Shown: in pieces, positions 1 through 8,529 of the stretch
How the letters are laid out: each line of letters starts with the position of its first letter
Position numbering within the stretch: the stretch's first letter is position 1
NCBI GenBank assembly: GCA_963662265.2
Contig: CAXXHA010000010.1
Location: forward strand, 96,001 to 160,000
Direction of reading: 5' to 3'
DNA from: Spirochaetia bacterium
Lineage (GTDB): Bacteria > Spirochaetota > Spirochaetia > CADAEX01
Length of the DNA stretch: 64,000 nt
Translations under genes and position numbers: made by a program
The notes under the pieces: generated by a model
The model's database searches: none
Seen by the model: only the letters and a program-made list of their open reading frames with translations
What the model was told of the DNA's origin: nothing

Positions 1-144
1 ATTACAGAAATAATAACTAGAACACCTGTAACAACTGTTATATGATACCGCACTTTTTTACCAATAATATACTGTATTAATTTCATTACCTAAAATTATA
101 GAATTTAAAAAATCAGTATGCAAATTTTTATAATGCAGAGTGTA

Positions 145-297
145 GCAGGTATTATTATGCCCTTTAGGGTACAGATGAGTTTCATCCATGAAACGCACCG
201 GGCTTATCAGATATCCATGTCTGCCCGGTGTACACCTGCGCCGTACCGCAGGTATTATTATGCCCTGTAAGGTACAGGTGAGTTTCATCCATGAAAC
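145..297. repeat. Two 50-bp direct repeats (145-194, 248-297) separated by a 53-bp self-complementary spacer
   Basis: GCAGGTATTATTATGCCCT(T/G)TA(G/A)GGTACAG(A/G)TGAGTTTCATCCATGAAAC, 3 mismatches between copies. Each copy ends in hairpin GTTTC-ATCCAT-GAAAC. Spacer folds CACCGGGC...GCCCGGTG. Confidence 0.9.
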
Positions 298-298
298 T

Positions 299-330
299 AA
301 AAAAGGCTGAAGCAGTATGCCTCAGCCTTT
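299..330 (-). terminator. Intrinsic terminator of the fusA-ATPase operon
   Basis: AAAGGCTGA...TCAGCCTTT stem followed by a T6 run on the minus strand, about 25 bp after the stop at 356. Confidence 0.8.
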
Positions 331-355
331 AATATTAAATTAAAATGATATTCTG

Positions 356-1060
356 TTATTCTTCGATAATAAGAAGAGTTTTAGGATCAAGCATGAGATG
401 TAGCTCATCTTTAATTTCACTGTCATGATCTTTTACAATATCCATCCTGATGCTCTGATCTTCATATTTCAATGTAAGTACAACATCAAGTTTTGATACA
501 AGACCTTTGATTTCCACAGGAAAATTTTCTTCATCAAAAATCGGCTCTTCTCCTTTGAGAGAAACACTGAACCAGATTTCAAGATCAAGTTTTTTTGCAA
601 AATCCTTAATCTTTCCAAGACCTTCGTCTGAAATATTATCGAAATCAAATCCGTCAACTACAACTGAATTTGCCTTGAAATTACCGCCTACAATCATAGC
701 TTCAAGACTCTTGAGAATCTGGGATATTTCAACACCATCCTGGCTGAAATTCATGATTACTCTGTTCTTGATAATTTCATCATGAACTTCCACTGCATTC
801 TCAAGTTCTCTTTTCTTTGATATTTCATTGAAAATATCTTCATACCAGCTGATTATATGATCTGTTCTTTTAGAAAAAGATACATGAATCACATGTCTTT
901 CTCTTAAAAGCTTATCAGTCGCAATATGTACAAGACATGCTGTTTTACCAACACCTTTTCTTGACGCAATTACACCGATATTTCCTTTGCCTACACCGCC
1001 CTGTATGGATCTTTCAAGAATCCTCAAGGGACTTCTGTTTATCAACTCTGATTTAACCAT
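356..1060 (-). CDS. Single-domain RecA/KaiC-superfamily P-loop ATPase
   Basis: GG-x-GKG before Walker A ASRKGVGKT, Walker B-like VVVDG, LDVVLTL and IVKD motifs of the RecA/KaiC fold; 234 aa. Confidence 0.7.
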   Translation of the reverse strand: MVKSELINRSPLRILERSIQGGVGKGNIGVIASRKGVGKTACLVHIATDKLLRERHVIHVSFSKRTDHIISWYEDIFNEISKKRELENAVEVHDEIIKNRVIMNFSQDGVEISQILKSLEAMIVGGNFKANSVVVDGFDFDNISDEGLGKIKDFAKKLDLEIWFSVSLKGEEPIFDEENFPVEIKGLVSKLDVVLTLKYEDQSIRMDIVKDHDSEIKDELHLMLDPKTLLIIEE

Positions 1061-1110
1061 TCTTTGATCTCCTCATCATAATTTTACTACACTATATTGT
1101 AGCTGACCAG

Positions 1111-3192
1111 TTATTTCTTGTTCTTCTCCTGGAACTCCTTGATCAGTTCCTCCTGGATACCTTTCGGAACTTTACCGTGTTTGTGGAACTCCATTGTGAA
1201 CTCAGCTTTACCCTGTGTAAGAGACCGGAGTGTAGTTGAGTAACCGAACATCTCACTTAAAGGGACTTCAGCTTCTACTGATGAGTAGTTTCCGTCTTCT
1301 ACAGAACTTATAATAACACCTCTTCTCTGGTTGATACTTCCGAAGATGTTACCCTGGAATTCTGTAGGACCTTCTACAGTAACTTTCATGATAGGTTCAA
1401 GGATTTCAGGTTTGGCTTTTTCATAAGCCTGTTTGAAAGCACCGATTGCTGCTGACTGGAAAGCCATATCTGATGAGTCAACAGAGTGTGACTGACCATC
1501 ATTGATTGTACATTTAACTCCGACAACAGGAAAACCGATTAGTCTTCCCTTCTTGAGAGAAGCCTGAAATCCCTTGTCACATGCAGGAATATATTCAGTC
1601 GGGATTTTACCACCCTTAATCTCATTGACAAATTCGTAGTGTCCCTCTGTAAGAGGTTCCATAAAACCTACAACCTTACCGTACTGACCTGAACCACCTG
1701 TCTGTTTCTTGTGAGTATAATCAAAATCTGCTCTCCTGCTGATTGTCTCTCTGTAAGCTACCTGAGGCATACCTGTTTCAACTTCAGCCTTGTACTCTCT
1801 CTTCATTCTTTCGATATAAACTTCGAGGTGAAGCTCACCCATACCCTGGATAATTGTCTGATTTGACTCATCATCCACATATGTCCTGAATGTAGGGTCC
1901 TCTTTTGTAAATCTGTTGAGAGCTTTTGCCATGTTGTCAGCAGCCTTCTTATCAACAGGATTGATTGCAAGAGTAATTACAGGCTCAGGAACAAACATTG
2001 ATGTCATAGAAAGGTTGAGACCTGTCTTACAGAATGTATCGCCTGATGCACAGTCAATACCGAAGAGAGCAACAATATCGCCGCATCCTGCTTCTGTGAT
2101 ATCTTCTGTCTTGTCGGCATGCATTCTGATAAGCCGTCCGATTTTGAATTTTTTCTTGTTTCTTACGTTGTAAAGTTCATCACCTTTCTTCAATGTACCC
2201 TGGTAAACTCTTACATATGTGAGCTGACCGTACTGACCGTCTTCAAGCTTGAATGCGAGAGCAACAGTCGGAAGTGTAGGGTCTGATTTAAGATATACTT
2301 CTTCCTCATCGTTATCGAGGTCAAGTGCAATATTTTCAATATCCTTAGGTGCTGGAAGGTATGAGTTAACAGCATCGAGAAGAGGCTGAACACCTTTGTT
2401 TTTATATGCTGATCCGAGGAATACAGGAACAAATTCCCTGGAAAGAGTCCCTTTCCTTACAGCTTCATGTATCATTTCCTCAGGAAGATCCTCACCTTCA
2501 AGGAAAAGCTCTGCAAGCTCATCAGAGAACATTGAAAGAGCATCAATAAGCTCTTCTCTTTTTTCTTCTGCTTCTGCCATCAGTTCAGCTGGTATTTCCT
2601 TTTCAACCTTACTGATTCCGTCTTCTCCGCCGTCAAAGTAAAGAGCTTTCATTGTTACAAGGTCGATCATACCTTCATGCTTCTCTTCAAGCCCTATCGG
2701 GACCTGCATCATTACAGCATTAAGACCAAGCTTGTCTTTAAGCTGTTCCTTTACTTTGTAGGGGTTGGCACCTGTTCTGTCACACTTGTTTACAAATGCG
2801 AGTCTTGGAACATTGTATCTCTTGAGCTGTCTGTCTACAGTAATTGACTGTGACTGAACCCCGCCAACAGAACAGAGTACAAGAACTGCACCGTCAAGTA
2901 CACGGAGTGATCTTTCTACTTCAACTGTAAAGTCAACGTGACCGGGAGTGTCAATAATATTTATCGGTGTGCCTTTCCATTCAACATTGGTAGCGGCTGA
3001 TGCAATAGTAATTCCTCTTTCTTTTTCGAGTTCCATGGAATCCATAGTTGCACCCACGCCATCCTTACCTCTTACTTCGTGGATAGCATGAATTTTGTTG
3101 CAGAAATAAAGAATTCTTTCAGTCAGAGTGGTCTTACCGGAGTCGATATGAGCGCTGATACCAATATTTCTCAATTTGTTTTCTAAACTCAT
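1111..3192 (-). CDS. fusA: Elongation factor G (spdEFG1/mtEFG1-like clade)
   Basis: [50 protein letters not shown]; not in an rpsL-rpsG operon. Confidence 0.98.
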   Translation of the reverse strand: MSLENKLRNIGISAHIDSGKTTLTERILYFCNKIHAIHEVRGKDGVGATMDSMELEKERGITIASAATNVEWKGTPINIIDTPGHVDFTVEVERSLRVLDGAVLVLCSVGGVQSQSITVDRQLKRYNVPRLAFVNKCDRTGANPYKVKEQLKDKLGLNAVMMQVPIGLEEKHEGMIDLVTMKALYFDGGEDGISKVEKEIPAELMAEAEEKREELIDALSMFSDELAELFLEGEDLPEEMIHEAVRKGTLSREFVPVFLGSAYKNKGVQPLLDAVNSYLPAPKDIENIALDLDNDEEEVYLKSDPTLPTVALAFKLEDGQYGQLTYVRVYQGTLKKGDELYNVRNKKKFKIGRLIRMHADKTEDITEAGCGDIVALFGIDCASGDTFCKTGLNLSMTSMFVPEPVITLAINPVDKKAADNMAKALNRFTKEDPTFRTYVDDESNQTIIQGMGELHLEVYIERMKREYKAEVETGMPQVAYRETISRRADFDYTHKKQTGGSGQYGKVVGFMEPLTEGHYEFVNEIKGGKIPTEYIPACDKGFQASLKKGRLIGFPVVGVKCTINDGQSHSVDSSDMAFQSAAIGAFKQAYEKAKPEILEPIMKVTVEGPTEFQGNIFGSINQRRGVIISSVEDGNYSSVEAEVPLSEMFGYSTTLRSLTQGKAEFTMEFHKHGKVPKGIQEELIKEFQEKNKK

Positions 3193-3496
3193 TGTTTAAC
3201 CTCATTTCCTATTCTATATATTCCCTGTCCCGGGCCTTTTCACGGTTCAGACCACTTACAGGGTAAAAATCGCGCGTCTGCTTTGATGCATAAGCTAATT
3301 TATAATTAATTGCTGCAGGACTCAGCAGCACAAGATCGAAAAACACTTTATGGAGTGCTATATTACAGATTTTGCAGGTAAATTTCAAGAGTCAAACACT
3401 TTTTTTAACATCTCAGAGGAATTTAATTATTGACAAATCAAATATTTGACCCTTTCGTATGAAAATAAGGGTAAAATTACTGCACTATCAGAATAT

Positions 3497-4378
3497 TTAA
3501 AAATCCCCCAGATAAGTATTCAGGATAAGAGCAACCTTGCCTTTGCTGATCTTTATTCCCTGGGATTTCAGTTCTGTATAAATTTCAGCATAAGTATATG
3601 ATGGATTTGTTTTCTTTATAGAAAGAACCTTGTCTATTGTCTCCTGCGCTACCGGTTTCTTTGACCCGTAAATACCCTTCCTGACTGCTGCAATAAACGC
3701 AAATTTCAGTTTGTCGTAATCCTCCATAAGATTTTCATGCTGCTCCATCAGGTTTTTATGTGATTCGGAAAGAGACTCAAGATCTTTCTGGAGTTTATCA
3801 ATACTGCTGTCCCTGCTGGAATTTTCAATATCAATCTTTCCCAGCTGGTTTACTATATATTCAGGGTTATGTGAGACAATATACTTAACAGGATCATCAT
3901 AGGCAGCCTTCATCTTTCCGAAAAGATCTTCAGGGCTGAAATACTCTCCCCGTATCCTTACAAAAAAACGGTCTTTAAGCATTCTGAAATCATACATTGT
4001 AAATGTTCTGTGGATAAAAGAAAGCCCTGCCGGAAGATAAGGCGCGTAATCTGTTTCATCAATAATAAATTTCTCAGGAACAAGAACAGCTTCAAAACCT
4101 GTTTCGTTAAAAATAATGGAAGCATGTTTAACTTCCAGCCCTTCTATGAGTGAAAGTTCATTATAAAAACGGGCTATCACTGTTTTCTCATTCCTGCCCG
4201 GTTCTGATGCGCTTTTAAGGACAGCATTATCCATTCCCGGAATAATAATCCTGTAAAGCCCTAGTTCATCCTCGCTGATAAATTCAAATTCAATATCACC
4301 TTCTGTTATTTCCTGAGCAGGTATAAAAGCTGCGGAAAATAAAGTAAATACTATCAGTAATATTGTTATTCTTTTCAT
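3497..4378 (-). CDS. Exported hypothetical protein with coiled coil and C-terminal HTH-like segment
   Basis: Signal peptide MKRITILLIVFTLFSAAFIPA; heptad stretch near aa 190-225; third gene of the cyclase operon; RBS GGAG. Confidence 0.75.
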   Translation of the reverse strand: MKRITILLIVFTLFSAAFIPAQEITEGDIEFEFISEDELGLYRIIIPGMDNAVLKSASEPGRNEKTVIARFYNELSLIEGLEVKHASIIFNETGFEAVLVPEKFIIDETDYAPYLPAGLSFIHRTFTMYDFRMLKDRFFVRIRGEYFSPEDLFGKMKAAYDDPVKYIVSHNPEYIVNQLGKIDIENSSRDSSIDKLQKDLESLSESHKNLMEQHENLMEDYDKLKFAFIAAVRKGIYGSKKPVAQETIDKVLSIKKTNPSYTYAEIYTELKSQGIKISKGKVALILNTYLGDF

Positions 4379-4422
4379 TTTTAACTCCTATAACATGATA
4401 AAAACAAGTTTTTATCATTCTC

Positions 4423-5847
4423 CTATTCTGCCTGAACCAGAATTCTGTCAAACGGTTTTAATTCTTTACCCGACACATCAGTTCCGGGCTCACCGCCGTT
4501 GAAATGCAGAAGTCTTGCCAATATGACATTTTCTTCCCTGTAGAATTCTATTTCACCTACAAGCTCACTGTCTGTCCGGAATACATATCCCCTGTCGCCT
4601 TCATTTACTTCAAGGACCCGGTTCATATAAACAGATATCCGGTCATTGTTTTCAACAAACAGGATATAGCCGCTTACACCTGTTTCGCTGATATAGTAAT
4701 CAAATGCTGATGAAAATGATGATATAAACTCATTCCTGAGCTTCAGCGATTCAGCACTTCTTTTCCATCCTTTTTCATAGCTGTTGATTATACTGCTGCC
4801 TCTCTCATAAAGCCGGTCAAGAGCTTCAGGTACTGAATTTTCATACTCAACCCTTTTCAGCCTTTCTATGATAATTTCAATATCTGAAGCATCATTCCTC
4901 ACCCCGTTTATTTCATCAGCTGACAGTATTTTATTTTTATCAAGGATAAGAACATTCGCATCATCTGCCAGTTCAGGGAAGACAGCTTCTCTCCTGTCAG
5001 AAAGAATGGAATTATATTCCTCTTCAAAAACAGGGTTGTATTTCTGATACATCTCATCCAGCTCGTTCTTGTGGCGGTTTTTAAGAACAGATACAAGCCG
5101 CCTGTTATCTCTTTTCAATGTTGAGATTTCCCTGTCATACCGGCTTTCCATATCATCCATCCGGGTCTCGTACATGTTTACAGTATTTTCCATTTCAAGT
5201 TCAGCTTTTTTCTGCTGATTGTTGAGAAGTTCCTCCTGTTTTCTGGCCTGTTCAAGAACTGTGGCATCATAGGAGGCTATTGCCTTTTCAATTTCACTTA
5301 TTTCCTTTTCCTTCTCTTCAATCTTTTTGCTGTATTCCTTATCAAATGAAGCAACAGTCCGCGATTCCCGCCGCCTTAAAACAGCAAGCTCTTTGTTTTT
5401 TTCCTCATCACTCTTATTGCTTTCCCGCACAATCAAAGAATCTCTTTCCCTCTGGCTTTTTGCTTCTGAAACTGAAGCGCTGTATTCTTCCTTTAAAGCC
5501 TTCAGCTCGTTACGCGCTCTTTCCAGCTTCTGTTCATAGTTTTTTGCTACATCAAGAATATCCTTGAGGTTAACATCTTCAAAATCCTTTATTTCAATAG
5601 GAACAATTCTTCCTGATGCCTGAATATACCTGGTTACAGCATAGGCTGTACCGACAAATACAATTAAAAAAACGAGTATTGTAATTATTACAAGGTAGTT
5701 CCTGTTTTTTTTGGTGGCAGCAAACTCTTTCTCAAGGTCATAAAGGTCTTTGCTCCCTATTTCCAGGTTTTTCCAATCAAGAAATGTTTTTCTGCTCTGA
5801 CTTACTATATCTTTTACTTTTCTGTCATTGTCCATATTCCATTCCAT
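4423..5847 (-). CDS. Single-pass membrane protein with long coiled coil and C-terminal beta domain (start may be 5835)
   Basis: One TM helix (YLVIITILVFLIVFVGTAYAV), about 200 aa of E/K/R-rich heptads; overlaps the 3' end of the cyclase gene. Confidence 0.8.
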   Translation of the reverse strand: MEWNMDNDRKVKDIVSQSRKTFLDWKNLEIGSKDLYDLEKEFAATKKNRNYLVIITILVFLIVFVGTAYAVTRYIQASGRIVPIEIKDFEDVNLKDILDVAKNYEQKLERARNELKALKEEYSASVSEAKSQRERDSLIVRESNKSDEEKNKELAVLRRRESRTVASFDKEYSKKIEEKEKEISEIEKAIASYDATVLEQARKQEELLNNQQKKAELEMENTVNMYETRMDDMESRYDREISTLKRDNRRLVSVLKNRHKNELDEMYQKYNPVFEEEYNSILSDRREAVFPELADDANVLILDKNKILSADEINGVRNDASDIEIIIERLKRVEYENSVPEALDRLYERGSSIINSYEKGWKRSAESLKLRNEFISSFSSAFDYYISETGVSGYILFVENNDRISVYMNRVLEVNEGDRGYVFRTDSELVGEIEFYREENVILARLLHFNGGEPGTDVSGKELKPFDRILVQAE

Positions 5848-7514
5848 CCTTCCGGCGGAGTCCTGCCGGAAATTCTTTCTATGAATACGTCAGCGGCAGG
5901 AAGACGTGAAATTGAAAAATTCTTTTCCGCGCTTCTCCAGTCACCTCTATAATATTCTTTAAGTGCTGTGTTGTATGTTTTAAGTTTCGCTTCAAGTTCA
6001 TCATCAAGTGTATCCACCTGAACAGGCCAGAATATTTTCTTGCCTGTGTTTTTCCCTTTTACCTTAACTATATCGAGTTCCTGAAAATAGTAGTCTTCAG
6101 TATACTCCGAAGCATCATCCCTGATATATTCCGAACATATTACAGGGACCTTATATATCCTGGTAAGTCCTTCCAGACGGGAAGCAGAGTTTACATTATC
6201 TCCGATAACTGTGTTTGTCATACGCTCATTGGAGCCGATATTTCCGTAGAAAACCTCTCCTCCGTCAATCCCGACTCCGACTTCAATGAGAACTGCCTTG
6301 TATACAATTTCCTCAGCCCTGGTAAGAGCGCCTCTTCTCCTTACAATCTCTTCCCTTTTTTCAATCATCTTTTTCCTGAGATCCGCAGCTACTTCCTGGA
6401 TCCTGTATGATGACTGTAGAGCTTCAACCGACTTGTTTTCCGCAAGATCGTCAAATGTTCCGAAGATTGCAAGAAGAGCATCCCCGATAATTGATCCTAC
6501 AATACCCTCTTTCCTGTGGACTTCTTTTATTGCATTCTGATAATGCATATTAATGAGATTGATAATATCTGTCCCAAGAACTTCTGTCATATTTGTAAAC
6601 TGCTTGATATCGGAAAAAATAATTGTCAGTTCCTTGGAAGAACCTTCAAGACGGATTTGTTTTTCCCGGTATGCCTTTTTAACAACATCAGCAGTTACAA
6701 ATTTCCTGAATATTGTCATAAGGTTATCTATATTGCTGGAAAGTGAATTAAATGACATTCCCAGCAGGGTAATATCATCATTGGGAGCATCGCCAAGATC
6801 AACAAGGCCGAATTTCTGCTCTTCCCTCATCTTCATTATCTGGTCAGTCATGCGCGGGACAAACCTCAGGATATGGCTGACAAGATAGATTCCCAGGGCG
6901 CTGCATATTATTGTAATGAAAATAATTATTATTGATATCCTGATAAAGACAACCCTGGTCTGGTGGTAGAATTCATTAACTTCTTCAGCCCTTACAAGAT
7001 AAGCATCCCACTTCCGGTTGTATTTTGTGACTCCGAAAAATTCACTGCTGCCTATCATGAAGTTAAGAGAATCTTCCTCTTTATTTTCTTTTTTCAGCTG
7101 ACTGATTTTCGCATCCAGACCGGCAAGATCTTTTTTTACCGGGGCTTTACCGGGTGATTTACTGAAAAGGATTTCCCCGTTCTGTGAAAGGCCAAGAAAG
7201 ACAGATCTCTCACCTTTCAGCTCCTTGAGAGCCCTTTCCCCGATATACCCCAGAGCTTCTTCTCTGTTCTGATTATAGGTGAAAATTTCATACTGGTTAT
7301 TGCAGAAAGTATGAAGATCTTTGAGGTCCCGGACCAGAAGCTGATTCATAAGCTTTATCTGGACACCGCGGTTGAGAACGAGATTGATATAATTTGTAGT
7401 AAAATTTGAAAGCAGAAGCAATATTATGAACAATCCGGTAATTTTGATAGTTATCGGGACTACTCGTGTCCCCCTGATGCTGTAACCGATCAGGCGTTTT
7501 AGTTTATTACCCAT
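5814..7514 (-). CDS. Membrane-bound class III nucleotidyl cyclase (2 TM, periplasmic loop, HAMP-like, cyclase, TPR-like tail)
   Basis: IFSDIKQFT, IGDALLAIFG, VGIDGGEVFYGNIGS, TVIGDNVNSASRLEG, VKVKGK. Confidence 0.93.
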   Translation of the reverse strand: MGNKLKRLIGYSIRGTRVVPITIKITGLFIILLLLSNFTTNYINLVLNRGVQIKLMNQLLVRDLKDLHTFCNNQYEIFTYNQNREEALGYIGERALKELKGERSVFLGLSQNGEILFSKSPGKAPVKKDLAGLDAKISQLKKENKEEDSLNFMIGSSEFFGVTKYNRKWDAYLVRAEEVNEFYHQTRVVFIRISIIIIFITIICSALGIYLVSHILRFVPRMTDQIMKMREEQKFGLVDLGDAPNDDITLLGMSFNSLSSNIDNLMTIFRKFVTADVVKKAYREKQIRLEGSSKELTIIFSDIKQFTNMTEVLGTDIINLINMHYQNAIKEVHRKEGIVGSIIGDALLAIFGTFDDLAENKSVEALQSSYRIQEVAADLRKKMIEKREEIVRRRGALTRAEEIVYKAVLIEVGVGIDGGEVFYGNIGSNERMTNTVIGDNVNSASRLEGLTRIYKVPVICSEYIRDDASEYTEDYYFQELDIVKVKGKNTGKKIFWPVQVDTLDDELEAKLKTYNTALKEYYRGDWRSAEKNFSISRLPAADVFIERISGRTPPEGWNGIWTMTEK

Positions 7515-7845
7515 TATATTATCCGATTACAACCATTTTATGGTACTTCTGCTGTAAAAGCAATTAAATAAATTCTGCAGCAATTACTCAAAATATAACC
7601 AGACATGGTTTCAGCCTTATAAACGGCATATGCCTCTTTATCTATAGCATATAAGGAAATATTTCCGGCTCAAACAGAAAAAATCTGCGGATTCTGCTTA
7701 TTCATCACCGATACAATTAAAAACATAAAAACAATAACCTGATGTTATCAAACCTTTGACAGCTGTTGTATAAATCCTCTTTTTTTGGTTATATAGCTGT
7801 GAAAGCAGTGACTGTTTTTTTATTTTATTTTACTGGAGAAATACT

Positions 7846-8451
7846 ATGTATGTCGTATGTCTTGATCTTGAAGGGGTTCTGGTCCCTGAAATCTGGATCA
7901 ATGTTGCCCTGAAAACAGGAATTGAAGAACTCAAACTTACTACAAGAGATATTTCAGACTATGATGTTCTTATGAAGAAAAGAATCGGTATTCTTGATGA
8001 GCACAACCTGAAACTCAAAGATATCCAGGATGTAATTACTACAATGGATCCTCTTGTGGGAGCATTTGATTTTATTGAAAAACTCAGGGAAAACACACAG
8101 GTTGTAATACTTTCAGATACATTCCGACAGTTTGCAAAACCTCTCATGAAAAAGCTTGCATGGCCGACTCTTTTCTGCAACGATCTTATTGTCAACAGCG
8201 ATGATCAGATTACCGGTTACAAACTCAGGCAGAAAGACGGTAAAAAGTTTGCTGTACAGGGATTTCATTCAATGGGCCTCAAGGTCGCGGCATCAGGAGA
8301 TTCCTATAACGATCTTTCAATGATAAAAGAAGCTGACGGGGGAGTTCTGTTCTGCCCGCCTGAACAGATTGTTCTTGATAATCCGAATCTGCCTGTTGCT
8401 CATAATTATGAAGAGCTCTTCAGACATATATCCAATATAATTGCTGAATAG
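7846..8451 (+). CDS. thrH: Phosphoserine phosphatase/homoserine phosphotransferase (HAD)
   Basis: CLDLEGVLVPEIW, TTRD, LSDTF, PTLFCN, SGDSYND signature of ThrH. Confidence 0.95.
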   Translation: MYVVCLDLEGVLVPEIWINVALKTGIEELKLTTRDISDYDVLMKKRIGILDEHNLKLKDIQDVITTMDPLVGAFDFIEKLRENTQVVILSDTFRQFAKPLMKKLAWPTLFCNDLIVNSDDQITGYKLRQKDGKKFAVQGFHSMGLKVAASGDSYNDLSMIKEADGGVLFCPPEQIVLDNPNLPVAHNYEELFRHISNIIAE

Positions 8452-8484
8452 CCTTTAAAAACAGAGTAATTCAGTCAATTCAGG

Positions 8485-8527
8485 CCCGGCCGCTTCTGAG
8501 GGGAACCCTTAAAAACGGCCGGGTTTT
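8485..8527 (+). terminator. Terminator between convergent thrH and histidine kinase genes
   Basis: CCCGGCCG...CGGCCGGG stem followed by TTTT. Confidence 0.7.
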
Positions 8528-8529
8528 AT

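Noticed and set aside
145-297. CRISPR array
   Set aside because: Only two repeats, 50 bp long, a self-complementary spacer sharing the repeat's loop motif, and no cas genes in the window
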